Origin: the human T2T-CHM13v2.0 reference genome, Homo sapiens
Direction: 5' to 3' (one strand)
DNA length: 64,000 bases
Assembly: GCF_009914755.1 (NCBI RefSeq)
Contig: NC_060948.1
A model generated the notes under the pieces. It was not told where the DNA came from, made no database searches, and saw only the letters and a list, made by a program, of their open reading frames with translations. Positions within the stretch are counted from its first letter, which is position 1. Each line of letters begins with the position of its first letter. A program made the position numbers and the translations under genes. Of the stretch, positions 36,701 to 51,700 are shown piece by piece.

Positions 36701-39700
36701 GGACTGGAATCAAATGGAATTGAGTCGAAAGGAAAGGAAGCGAATGGACTGAAATGAAATGGAATGGAATTGAATGGAAAGTAATGCAATGGAATAGAAT
36801 GGAACGAAATTTCACGGAATGGAATCAAACTGAATGGAATCAAATCAATGGAATATAATCAAATGGAATGGAAAGGAATTGAATGGAGTAGATGGGACTG
36901 GATGGGATTGGAATGAAATGTACTGGAAAGGACTCGAATTTCATGAAACGGAATGGAATGAATTGGAACGGAATGGACTCGATTGGAATGGAATGTCATG
37001 GAATGGCATCAAATGGAATGGAATCGAATGCAATGGAATGCTATGGAATGGAATGGAATGCATTGGAATGGAATGTCCTCTAATGGAATGGATTCGAGTG
37101 GAATGGAATCGAATATAATGGAGTCGAATGAAATGGAATTGAAAGGAATGGGATCGAATACAATGGAATATACTGGAATGTAACGTAATGAACTCGAATG
37201 TAATTGACTGGAATGGAATGTACATGAATGGAATGTAATCGAATGGAAAGTAATCCAATGGAATAGAATCTAATGCAATAAAATCGACTCAAATAGAATA
37301 GAATGGAATGGAATGGAGTGCAGTGCAATGGAATGGAAGGGAATGGAATGCAATGGAATGGAATGTAATGGAATGGAATGGAATGGGATGGAATGGTATG
37401 GAATGGATAGTAATGGACTGGAGTGAAATGGACTGGAAAGGAATGGACTCAAATTGAAAGGGCTCGAAAGGAATGCAGTCAAATGGAATGATCTGGAATG
37501 GAATGAACACGAATGTAATGCAATCCAATAGAATGGAATCGAATGGCATGGAATATAAAGAAATGGAATCGAAGAGAATGGAAACAAATGGAATGGAATT
37601 GAATGGAATGGAATTGAATGGAATGAGAATGAATGGAGTGAAATTGTATGCAGTAGAAGAGAATAGAATGGAATGCAAGCGAAAGGAAAGGAATGGATTG
37701 GAATGGAATGGAATTCATTGGAATGGAAGGGAATGTAGTGTAATGGACAGGCCTGGAATAAAGTGGAATGCTACGGTCTCGAATGGAATAAAAATGTATG
37801 GAATGGAATGCAATGAAACGGAATCGAATGTCATAGAATGTAATGGAATGCAAAAAAATGGAATCCAAAATCATTGACTGGAAAGGCTGGGTGTCGAAAG
37901 GAATTGACTCCAATGGAATGGAATCGAATGGAATGGAAGTGAATAGAATCGAACTAAATCGAATGGAATGGAATTGATAGGAACGGAATGGAAAGGAATG
38001 CAATGATTTGGCATGGAATGGAATCGAATGGCATCGAATGGAATGGAATGGAATGCAATGGAATGGAATGTATTAGAATGTAATGAACTTTAATGGAATG
38101 TACTCGAATGGATTCGACTGGAATGGAATGTTCTGGAAGTGAATGGACTCCAATGGAATGGATTCGAAAGGAATGGAATCGTACGGAATGGAATCTAATG
38201 GAATGGAATTAAATGGAAATGAATCAAATTGAATAGCACGGAACTGAATTGAATGGAATCGAATGCAATGGAATCTAATGAAACGGAAAGGAAAGGAATG
38301 GAATGGAATGGAATGGGCTGGAATGGAATGGAATCGAACTGAAGAGACTGGAATGGAATGCACTGGAATGGAAGGGAGTGTAATGGAAGGTTCTCGAAAA
38401 AAATGGAATCGAATGGAATGGAATTGAATGGAACGGAATAGAGTCGAATGGAATTGAATGGAATGGAATGGACTAGAGTGAAATGGAATCGAACCACAAG
38501 GAATGGACAGGAATAGAATGGTCTCGAATTGAATGGAATCGTATGGAATGGCATCAAACGGAATGGAATGGACAGCCACGGAATGGAATGCACTCGAATG
38601 CAATGGAGTCGAAACTAATGGACTGGAATAGAATGGACTCGACTGGTACGGACTCCAATGGAATGGAATCGAATGGAAGGGAATCGAACGGAATGGACTC
38701 GAAGGCAAAAGACTGCAATGGAAAGGTGTCGAATGGAATGGAAATTAATGGAATGGAATGGAATCGAATGAAATGGAGTCAAAAGGAATGGAATCGAATG
38801 GCAAGAAATCGAATGTAATGGAATCGCAAGGAATTGATGTGAACGGAACGGAATGGAATGGAATCCAAAGGAATGGAATAGAATGGAATGGAATCGAATG
38901 GAAAGGACTCGAATGGAAATCACTCGAATAGAATGCAATTTAATAAAATAGGATCAAATGTAATGGAATGGAATGGAAAGGAATCGAAACGAAAGGAATG
39001 GAGACAGATGGAATGGAATGGAACAGAGAGCAATGGTATAGAATGGAATGGAATCATCTGGAATGGAATTGAATGGAATGGAATAACATGAAATGGAATG
39101 GAATGGAATGGAATGCCTTTGAATTAAATGGACTGGAATGGAATGGTCTCGAACAGAGTGGAATGGAAAGTGTTGGAATAGAATGGAATGGACTCGTTTG
39201 GAATGGTGTAGTATGCAATGCAATCGACTGGCAGGGAATCAAAAGGAATGTAATCGAATGGATTGGACTGGAATGCAATGGACTCGAATAGATTGGAAAC
39301 GGAATGCAAAGGAATGGAATGGAATAGTATGGAATGGAATGGAAAGGAATGGAGTGGAATAGACTAGAGTGGAATGGAATGGACTGGAAAGCAATGGACT
39401 GGAATGGAACTTTCTTGAATGGACTGGAATCAAACGGAATGGAATGCAATGCAATCAAATGGCATGGAATAAAATAGAATGAAAGAGAATCAAATGGAAT
39501 TGAATCGAATGGAATCGAATGGATTGGAAAGGAATAGAATGGAATGGAATGGAATTGACTCAAATGGAATGGACTAGAATGGAATGGATTCGAATGGAAG
39601 GCAAAGGAATGGAATCTATTGGAATGGACTGTAATGGAATGGAATGGAAGGGATTGGAATGGACTCGAATGGAATGGACTGCAATAGAAAGGATTCGAAT

Positions 39701-42700
39701 GGAATGAAAAAGAATTGAATGGAATAGAACAGAATGGAATCAAATCGAATGAAATGGAATGGAATAGAAAGGAATGGAATGAAATGGAATGGAAAGGATT
39801 CGAATGGAATGCAATCGAATGGAATGGAATCGAACGGAATGGAATAAAATGGAAGAAAACTGGCAAGAAATGGAATCGAAATGAATGGAGTGTTATGGAT
39901 CGGACTCAAAAGGAATTGAATGTAATAGAATGGAGTGGAGTGGACTCGAATATAATGGACTGGAATGGAATGAAATCACATGGAATGGGAACGAATGGAA
40001 TGGAATGGAAAGGAATGGAATCGAATGGAAAGGAATCGAATGGAAGGGAATGAAATTGAATCAACAGGAATGGAAGGGAGTAGAATAGACGGTAATGGAA
40101 TGGACTCGAATAGAATGGACACGAATGCTCAAATTGAATGGACTCGAATGGAATGGAAACGAAAGGAATGTCATCGAATGGAATTGAATCGGTTGGAATG
40201 AAATCGCATAGAATGGAGTGGAATCAAATGGAATTGAATCGAAAGGAAAGGAAGCGAATGGACTGAAATGAAATGGAATGGAATTGAATGGAATGTAATG
40301 CAATGGAATAGAATGGAACGAAATTTCACGGAATGGAATCAAACTGAATGGAATCAAATCAATGGAATATAATCAAATGGAATGGAAAGGAATTGAATGG
40401 AGTAGATTGGGTTGGATGGGATTGGAATGAAATGGAATGGAAAGGACTCGAATTTCATGAAACGGAATGGAATGAATTGGAACGGAATGGACTCGAATGG
40501 AATGGAATGACATGGAATGGCAAGAAATGGAATGGCATCAAAGGGAATGGAATCGAATGCAATGGAATGCTATGGAATGGAATGGAATGCATTGGAATGG
40601 AATGTCCTCTAATGGAATGGATTCGAGTGGAATGGAATCTAATATAATGGAGTCGAATGAAATGCAATTGAAAGGAATGGGATCGAATACAATGGAATAT
40701 ACTGGAATGTAATGTAAAGAACTCGAATGTAATTGAATGGAAAGGAATGTACATGAATGGAATGTAATCGAATGGAAAGTAATCCAATGGAATAGTATCT
40801 AATGTAATAAAATCGACTCAGATAGAGTAGAATGTAATGGAATGGAGTGTAGTGCAATGGAATGGAATGGAATGGAATGCAATGGAATGGAAAGGAATGG
40901 AATGGAATGGAATGGAATGGGATGGAATGGTATGGAATGGATAGTAATGGACTGGAGTGAAATGGACTGGAAAGGAATGGACTCAAATTGAAAGGTCTCG
41001 AAAGGAATGGAGTCAAAAGGAATGGTCTGGAATGGAATGAACACGAATGTAATGCAATCCAATAGAATGGAGTCGAATGGCATGGAATATAAAGAAATGG
41101 AATCGAAGAGAATGGAAACAAATGGAATGGAATTGAATGGAATGGAATTGAATGGAATGGGAAGGAATGGAGTGAAATTGTATGCAGTAGAAGAGAATAG
41201 AATGGAATGCAAGCAAAAGGAAAGGAATGGATTGGAATGGAATGGAATTCATTGGAATGGAAGGGAATGTAGTGTAATGGACAGGCCTGGAATAAAGTGG
41301 AATGCTACGGTCTCGAATGGAATAAAAATGTATGGAATGGAATGCAATGAAACGGAATTGAATGTCATAGAATGTAATGGAATACAAAAAAATGGAATCC
41401 AAAATCATTGACTGGAAAGGCTGGGTGTCGAAAGGAATTGACTCCAATGGAATGGAATCGAATGGAATGGAAGTGAATAGAATCGAACTAAATCGAATGG
41501 AATGGAATTGATAGGAACGGAATGGAAAGGAATGCAATGATTTGGCATGGAATGGAATCGAATGGCATCGAATGGAATGGAATGGAATGCAATGGAATGG
41601 AATGTATTAGAATGTAATGAACTTTAATGGAATGTACTCGAATGGATTCGACTGGAATGGAATGTTCTGGAAGTGAATGGACTCCAATGGAATGGATTCA
41701 AAAGGAATGGAATCGTACGGAATGGAATCTAATGGAATGGAATTAAATGGAAATGAATCAAATTGAATAGCACGGAATTGAATTGAATGGAATCGAATGC
41801 AATGGAATCTAATGAAACGGAAAGGAAAGGAATGGAATGGAATGGAATGGGCTGGAATGGAAAGGAATCGAAACGAATGGAATGGAATCGAACTGAAGAG
41901 ACTGGAATGGAATGCACTGGAATGGAAGGGAGTGTAATGGAAGGTTCTCGAAAAAAATGGAATCGAATGGAATGGAATTGAATGGAACGGAATAGAGTCG
42001 AATGGAATTGAATGGAATGGAATGGACTAGAGTGAAATGGAATCGAACCACAAGGAATGGACAGGAATAGAATGGTCTCGAATTGAATGGAATCGTATGG
42101 AATGGCATCAAACGGAATGGAATGGACAGCCACGGAATGGAATGCACTCGAATGCAATGGAGTCGAAACTAATGGACTGGAATAGAATGGACTCGACTGG
42201 TACGGACTCCAATGGAATGGAATCGAATGGAAGGGAATCGAACGGAATGGACTCGAAGGGAAAAGACTGCAATGGAAAGGTCTCGAATGGAACGGAAATT
42301 AATGGAATGGAATGGAATCGAATGAAATGGAGTCAAAAGGAATGGAATCGAATGGCAAGAAATCGAATGTAATGGAATCGCAAGGAATTGATGTGAACGG
42401 AACGGAATGGAATGGAATCCAAAGGAATGGAATAGAATGGAATGGAATCGAATGGAAAGGACTCGAATGGAAATCACTCGAATAGAATGCAATTTAATAA
42501 AATAGGATCAAATGTAATGGAATGGAATGGAAAGGAATCGAAACGAAAGGAATGGAGACAGATGGAATGGAATGGAACAGAGAGCAATGGTATAGAATGG
42601 AATGGAATCATCTGGAATGGAATTGAATGGAATGGAATAACATGAAATGGAATGGAATGGAATGGAATGCCTTTGAATTAAATGGACTGGAATGGAATGG

Positions 42701-45700
42701 TCTCGAACAGAGTGGAATGGAAAGTGTTGGAATAGAATGGAATGGACTCGTTTGGAATGGTGTAGTATGCAATGCAATCGACTGGCAGGGAATCAAAAGG
42801 AATGTAATCGAATGGATTGGACTGGAATGCAATGGACTCGAATAGATTGGAAACGGAATGCAAAGGAATGGAATGGAATAGTATGGAATGGAATGGAAAG
42901 GAATGGAGTGGAATAGACTAGAGTGGAATGGAATGGACTGGAAAGCAATGGACTGGAATGGAACTTTCTTGAATGGACTGGAATCAAACGGAATGGAATG
43001 CAATGCAATCAAATGGCATGGAATAAAATAGAATGAAAGAGAATCAAATGGAATTGAATCGAATGGAATCGAATGGATTGGAAAGGAATAGAATGGAATG
43101 GAATGGAATTGACTCAAATGGAATGGACTAGAATGGAATGGATTCGAATGGAAGGCAAAGGAATGGAATCTATTGGAATGGACTGTAATGGAATGGAATG
43201 GAAGGGATTGGAATGGACTCGAATGGAATGGACTGCAATAGAAAGGATTCGAATGGAATGAAAAAGAATTGAATGGAATAGAACAGAATGGAATCAAATC
43301 GAATGAAATGGAATGGAATAGAAAGGAATGGAATGAAATGGAATGGAAAGGATTCGAATGGAATGCAATCGAATGGAATGGAATCGAACGGAATGGAATA
43401 AAATGGAAGAAAACTGGCAAGAAATGGAATCGAAATGAATGGAGTGTTATGGATCGGACTCAAAAGGAATTGAATGTAATAGAATGGAGTGGAGTGGACT
43501 CGAATATAATGGACTGGAATGGAATGAAATCACATGGAATGGGAACGAATGGAATGGAATGGAAAGGAATGGAATCGAATGGAAAGGAATCGAATGGAAG
43601 GGAATGAAATTGAATCAACAGGAATGGAAGGGAGTAGAATAGACGGTAATGGAATGGACTCGAATAGAATGGACACGAATGCTCAAATTGAATGGACTCG
43701 AATGGAATGGAAACGAAAGGAATGTCATCGAATGGAATTGAATCGGTTGGAATGAAATCGCATAGAATGGAGTGGAATCAAATGGAATTGAATCGAAAGG
43801 AAAGGAAGCGAATGGACTGAAATGAAATGGAATGGAATTGAATGGAAAGTAATGCAATGGAATAGAATGGAACGAAATTTCACGGAATGGAATCAAACTG
43901 AATGGAATCAAATCAATGGAATATAATCAAATGGAATGGAAAGGAATTGAATGGAGTAGATTGGGTTGGATGGGATTGGAATTAAATGGAATGGAAAGGA
44001 CTCGAATTTCATGAAACGGAATGGAATGAATTGGAACGGAATGGACTCGAATGGAATGGAATGACATGGAATGGCAAGAAATGGAATGGCATCAAAGGGA
44101 ATGGAATCGAATGCAATGGAATGCTATGGAATGGAATGGAATGCATTGGAATGGAATGTCCTCTAATGGAATGGATTCGAGTGGAATGGAATCTAATATA
44201 ATGGAGTCGAATGAAATGGAATTGAAAGGAATGGGATCGAATACAATGGAATATACTGGAATGTAATGTAAAGAACTCGAATGTAATTGAATGGAAAGGA
44301 ATGTACATGAATGGAATGTAATCGAATGGAAAGTAATCCAATGGAATAGTATCTAATGTAATAAAATCGACTCAGATAGAGTAGAATGTAATGGAATGGA
44401 GTGTAGTGCAATGGAATGGAATGGAATGGAATGCAATGGAATGGAAAGGAATGGAATGGAATGGAATGGAATGGGATGGAATGGTATGGAATGGATAGTA
44501 ATGGACTGGAGTGAAATGGACTGGAAAGGAATGGAATCAAATTGAAAGGTCTCGAAAGGAATGGAGTCAAAAGGAATGGTGTGGAATGGAATGAACACGA
44601 ATGTAATGCAATCCAATAGAATGGAGTCGAATGGCATGGAATATAAAGAAATGGAATCGAAGAGAATGGAAACAAATGGAATGGAATTGAATGGAATGGA
44701 ATTGAATGGAATGGGAAGGAATGGAGTGAAATTGTATGCAGTAGAAGAGAATAGAATGGAATGCAAGCAAAAGGAAAGGAATGGATTGGAATGGAATGGA
44801 ATTCATTGGAATGGAAGGGAATGTAGTGTAATGGACAGGCCTGGAATAAAGTGGAATGCTACGGTCTCGAATGGAATAAAAATGTATGGAATGGAATGCA
44901 ATGAAACGGAATCGAATGTCATAGAATGTAATGGAATGCAAAAAAATGGAATCCAAAATCATTGACTGGAAAGGCTGGGTGTCGAAAGGAATTGACTCCA
45001 ATGGAATGGAATCGAATGGAATGGAAGTGAATAGAATCGAACTAAATCGAATGGAATGGAATTGATAGGAACGGAATGGAAAGGAATGCAATGATTTGGC
45101 ATGGAATGGAATCGAATGGCATCGAATGGAATGGAATGGAATGCAATGGAATGGAATGTATTAGAATGTAATGAACTTTAATGGAATGTACTCGAATGGA
45201 TTCGACTGGAATGGAATGTTCTGGAAGTGAATGGACTCCAATGGAATGGATTCAAAAGGAATGGAATCGTACGGAATGGAATCTAATGGAATGGAATTAA
45301 ATGGAAATGAATCAAATTGAATAGCACGGAATTGAATTGAATGGAATCGAATGCAATGGAATCTAATGAAACGGAAAGGAAAGGAATGGAATGGAATGGA
45401 ATGGGCTGGAATGGAAAGGAATCGAAACGAATGGAATGGAATCGAACTGAAGAGACTGGAATGGAATGCACTGGAATGGAAGGGAGTGTAATGGAAGGTT
45501 CTCGAAAAAAATGGAATCGAATGGAATGGAATTGAATGGAACGGAATAGAGTCGAATGGAATTGAATGGAATGGAATGGACTAGAGTGAAATGGAATCGA
45601 ACCACAAGGAATGGACAGGAATAGAATGGTCTCGAATTGAATGGAATCGTATGGAATGGCATCAAACGGAATGGAATGGACAGCCACGGAATGGAATGCA

Positions 45701-48700
45701 CTCGAATGCAATGGAGTCGAAACTAATGGACTGGAATAGAATGGACTCGACTCGTACGGACTCCAATGGAATGGAATCGAATGGAAGGGAATCGAACGGA
45801 AGGGAATCGAACGGAATGGACTCGAAGGGAAAAGACTGCAATGGAAAGGTCTCGAATGGAATGGAAATTAATGGAATGGAATGGAATCGAATGAAATGGA
45901 GTCAAAAGGAATGGAATCGAATGGCAAGAAATCGAATGTAATGGAATCGCAAGGAATTGATGTGAACGGAACGGAATGGAATGGAATCCAAAGGAATGGA
46001 ATAGAATGGAATGGAATCGAATGGAAAGGACTCGAATGGAAATCACTCGAATAGAATGCAATTTAATAAAATAGGATCAAATGTAATGGAATGGAATGGA
46101 AAGGAATCGAAACGAAAGGAATGGAGACAGATGGAATGGAATGGAACAGAGAGCAATGGTATAGAATGGAATGGAATCATCTGGAATGGAATTGAATGGA
46201 ATGGAATAATATGAAATGGAATGGAATGGAATGGAATGTCCTTGAATTAAATGGACTGGAATGGAATGGACTCGAACAGAGTGGAATGGAAAGTGTTGAA
46301 ATAGAATGGAATGGACTCGTTTGGAATGGTGTAGTATGCAATGCAATCGACTGGCAGGGAATCAAAAGGAATGTAATCGAATGGATTGGACTGGAATGCA
46401 ATGGACTCGAATAGATTGGAAACGGAATGCAAAGGAATGGAATGGAATAGTATGGAATGGAATGGAAAGGAATGGAGTGGAATAGACTAGAGTGGAATGG
46501 AATGGACTCGAAAGCAATGGACTGGAATGGAACTTTCTTGAATGGACTGGAATCAAACGGAATGGAATGCAATGCAATCAAATGGCATGGAATAAAATAG
46601 AATGAAAGAGAATCAAACGGAATTGAATCGAATGGAATCGAATGGATTGGAAAGGAATAGAATGGAATGGAATGGAATTGACTCAAATGGAATGGACTAG
46701 AATGGAATGGATTCGAATGGAAGGCAAAGGAATGGAATCTATTGGAATGGACTGTAATGGAATGGAATGGAAGGGATTGGAATGGACTCGAATGGAATGG
46801 ACTGCAATAGAAAGGATTCGAATGGAATGAAAAAGAATTGAATGGAATAGAACAGAATGGAATCAAACCTCATGAAATAGAATGGAATAGAAAGGAATGG
46901 AATGAAATCGAATGGAAAGGATTCGAATGGAATGCAATCGAATGGAATGCAATCGAATGGAATGGAATCGAACGGAATGGAATAAAATGGAAGAAAACTG
47001 GCAAGAAATGGAATCGAAATGAATGGAGTGTTAAGGAACGGACTCAAAAGGAATTGAATGTAATAGAATGGAGTGGAGTAGACTCGAATATAATGGACTG
47101 GAATGGAATGAAATCACATGGAATGGGAACGAATGGAATGGAATGGAAAGGAATGGAATCGAATGGAAAGGAATCGAATGGAAGGGAATGAAATTGAATG
47201 AACAGGAATGGAAGGGAATAGAATAGACGGTAATGGAATGGACTCGAATAGAATGGACACGAATGCTCAAATTGAATGGACTCGAATGGAATGGAAATGA
47301 AAGGAATGTCATCGAATGCAATTCAATCGATTGGAATGAAATCGCATAGGATGGAGTGGAATCAAATGGAATTGAATCGAAAGGAAAAGAAGCGAATTGA
47401 CTGAAATGAAATGGAATGGAATTGAATGGAAAGTAATGCAACGGAATAGAATGGAATGAAATTTCACGGAATGGAATCAAACTGAATGGAATCAAATCAA
47501 TGGAATATAATCAAATGGAATGGAAAGGAATTGAATGGAGTAGATTGTATTGGATGGGATTGGAATGAAATGTACTGGAAAGGACTCGAATTTCATGAAA
47601 CGGAATGGAATGTATTAGAACGGAATGGACTCGAATGGAATTGAATGTCACGGAATGGCATCAAATGGAATGGCATCAATTGGAATGGAATCGAATGCAA
47701 TGGAATGCTATGGAATGGAATGGAATGCATTGGAATGGAATGTCCTCTAATGGAATGGATTCGAGTGGAATGGAATCGAATATAATGGAGTCTAATGAAA
47801 TGGAATTGAAAGGAATGGGATCCAATACAATGGAATATACTGGAATGTAATGTAATGAACTCGAATGTAATTGACTGGAATGGAATGTACATGAATGGAA
47901 TGTAATCGAATGGAAAGTAATCCAATGGAATAGAATCTAATGCAATAAAATCGACTCAAATAGAGTAGAATGTAATGGAATGGAGTGCAGTGCAATGGAA
48001 TGGAATGGAATGGGATGGAATGGTATGGAATGGATAGTAATGGACTGGAGTGAAATGGACTGGAAAATAATGGACTCAAATTGAAAGGGCTCGAAAGGAA
48101 TGGAGTCAAATGGAATGGTCTGGAATGGAATGAACACGAATGTAATGCAATCCAATAGAATGGAATCGAATGGCATGGAATATAAAGAAATGGAATCGAA
48201 GAGAATGGAAACAAATGGAATGGAATTGAATGGAATGGAATTGAATGGAATGGGAACGAATGGAGTGAAATTGTATGCAGTAGAAGAGAATAGAATGGAA
48301 TGCAAGCGAAAGGAAAGGAATGGATTGGAATGGAATGGAATTCATTGGAATGGAAGGGAATGTAGTGTAATGGACAGGCCTGGAATAAAGTGGAATGCTA
48401 CGGTCTCGAATGGAATAAAAATGTATGGAATGGAATGCAATGAAACGGAATCGAATGTCATAGAAGTAATGGAATGCAAAAAAATGGACTCCAAAATCAT
48501 TGACTGGAAGGCTGGGTGTCGAAAGGAATTGACTCCAATGGAATGGAATCGAATGGAATGGAAGTGAATAGAATCGAACTAAATCGAATGGAATGGAATT
48601 GATAGGAACGGAATGGAAAGGAATGCAATGATTTCGCATGGAATGGAATCGAATGGCATCGAATGGAATGGAATGGAATGCAATGGAATGGAATGTATTA

Positions 48701-51700
48701 AAATGTAATGAACTTTAATGGAATGTACTCGAATGGATTCGACTGGAATGGAATGTTCTCGAAGTGAATGGACTCCAATGGAATGGATTCGAAAGCAATG
48801 GAATCTAATGGAATGGAATTAAATGGAAATGAATCAAATTGAATAGAACGGAATTGAATTGAATGGAATCGAATGCAATGGAATCTAATGAAACGGAAAG
48901 GAAAGGAATGGAATGGAATGGAATGGAATGGGCTGGAATGGAATGGAATCGAAACGAATGGAATGGAATCGAACTGAAGAGACTGGAATGGAATACACTG
49001 GAATGGAAGGGAATGTAATGGAAGGTTCTCGAAAAAATGTAATTGAAAGGAATGGAATTGAGTGGAACGGAATAGAGTCGAATGGAATTCAATGGAATGG
49101 AATGGACTAGAGTGAAATGGAATCGAACCACAAGGAATGGACAGGAATAGAATGGTCTCGAATTGAATGGAATCGTATGGAATGGCATCAAACGGAATGG
49201 AATGGACAGCCACGGAATGGAATGCACTCGAATGCAATGGAGTCGAAACTAATGGACTGGAATAGAATGGACTCGACTGGTACGGACTCCAATGGAATGG
49301 AATCGAATGGAAGGGAATCGAACGGAATGGACTCGAAGGGAAAAGACTGCAATGGAAAGGTCTCGAATGGAATGGAAATTAATGGAATGGAATGGAATCG
49401 AATGAAATGGAGTCAAAAGGAATGGAATCGAATGGCAAGAAATCGGATGTAATGGAATCGCAAGGAATTGATGTGAACGGAACGGAATGGAATGGAATCC
49501 AAAGGAATGGAATAGAATGGAATGGAATCGAATGGAAAGGACTCGAATGGAAATCACTCGAATAGAATGCAATTTAATAAAATAGGATCAAATGTAATGG
49601 AATGGAATGGAAAGGAATCGAAACGAAAGGAATGGAGACAGATGGAATGGAATGGAACAGAGAGCAATGGTATAGAATGGAATGGAATCATCTGGAATGG
49701 AATTGAATGGAATGGAATAATATGAAATGGAATGGAATGGAATGGAATGCCCTTGAATTAAATGGACTGGAATGGAATGGACTCGAACAGAGTGGAATGG
49801 AAAGTGTTGAAATAGAATGGAATGGACTCGTTTGGAATGGTCTAGTATGCAATGCAATCGACTGGCAGGGAATCAAAAGGAATGTAATCGAATGGATTGG
49901 ACTGGAATGCAATGGACTCGAATAGATTGGAAACGGAATGCAAAGGAATGGAATGGAATAGTATGGAATGGAATGGAAAGGAATGGAGTGGAATAGACTA
50001 GAGTGGAATGGAATGGACTCGAAAGCAATGGACTGGAATGGAACTTTCTTGAATGGACTGGAATCAAACGGAATGGAATGTAATGCAATCAAATGGCATG
50101 GAATAAAATAGAATGAAAGAGAATCAAATGGAATTGAATCGAATGGAATCGAATGGATTGGCAAGGAATAGAATGGAATGGAATGGAATTGACTCAAATG
50201 GAATGGACTAGAATGGAATGGATTCGAATGGAAGGCAAAGGAATGGAATCTATTGGAATGGACTGTAATGGAATGGAATGGAAGGGATTGGAATGGACTC
50301 GAATGGAATGGACTGCAATAGAAAGGATTCGAATGGAATGAAAAAGAATTGAATGGAATAGAACAGAATGGAATCAAATCGAATGAAATGGAATGGAATA
50401 GAAAGGAATGGAATGAAATGGAATGGAAAGGATTCGAATGGAATGCAATCGAATGGACTGGAATCGAACGGAATGGAATAAAATGGAAGAAAACTGGCAA
50501 GAAATGGAATCGAAATGAATGGAGTGTTATGGAACGGACTCAAAAGGAATTGAATGTAATAGAATGGAGTGGAGTGGACTCCAATATAATAGACTGGAAT
50601 GGAATGAAATCACATGGAATGGGAACGAATGGAATGGAATGGAAAGGAATGGAATCGAATGGAAAGGAATCGAATGGAAGGGAATGAAATTGAATCAACA
50701 GGAATGGAAAGGAGTAGAATAGACGGTAATGGAATGGGCTCGAATAGAATGGACACGAATGCTCAAATTAAATGGACTCGAATGGAATGGAAACGAAAGG
50801 AATGTCATCGAATGGAATTGAATCGATTGGAATGAAATCATATAGAATGGAGTGGAATCAAATGGAATTGAATCGAAAGGAAAGGAAGCGAATGGACTGA
50901 AATGAAATGGAATGGAATTGAATGGAAATTAATGCAATGGAATAGAATGGAAAGAAATTTCACGGAATGGAATCAAACTGAATGGAATCAAATCAATGGA
51001 ATATAATCAAATGGAATGGAAAGGAATTGAATGGAGTAGATTGGATTGGATGGGATTGGAATGAAATGTACTGGAAAGGACTCGAATTTCATGAAACGGA
51101 ATGGAATGAATTAGAACGGAATGGACTCGAATGGAATGGAATATCACGGAATGGCATCAAATGGAATGGCATCAATTGGAATGGAATCGAATGCAATGGA
51201 ATGCTATGGAATGGAATGGAATGCATTGGAATGGAATGTCCTCTAATGGAATGGATTCGAGTGGAATGGAATCGAATATAATGGAGTCTAATGAAATGGA
51301 ATTGAAAGGAATGGGATCCAATACAATGGAATATACTGGAATGTAATGTAATGAACTCGAATGTAATTGACTGGAATGGAATGTACATGAATGGAATGTA
51401 ATCGAATGGAAAGTAATCCAATGGAATAGAATCTAATGCAATAAAATCGACTCAAGTAGAGTAGAATATAATGGAATGGAGTGCAGTGCAATGGAATGGA
51501 ATGGAATGGAATGCAATGGAATGGAATGGAATGGAATGGAATGGAATGTGATGGAATGGTATGGAATGGATAGTAATGGACTGGAGTGAAATGGACTGGA
51601 AAGGAATGGACTCAAATTGAAAGGGCTCGAAAGGAATGGAGTCAAATGGAATGGTCTGGAATGGAATGAACACGAATGTAATGCAATCCAATAGAATGGA

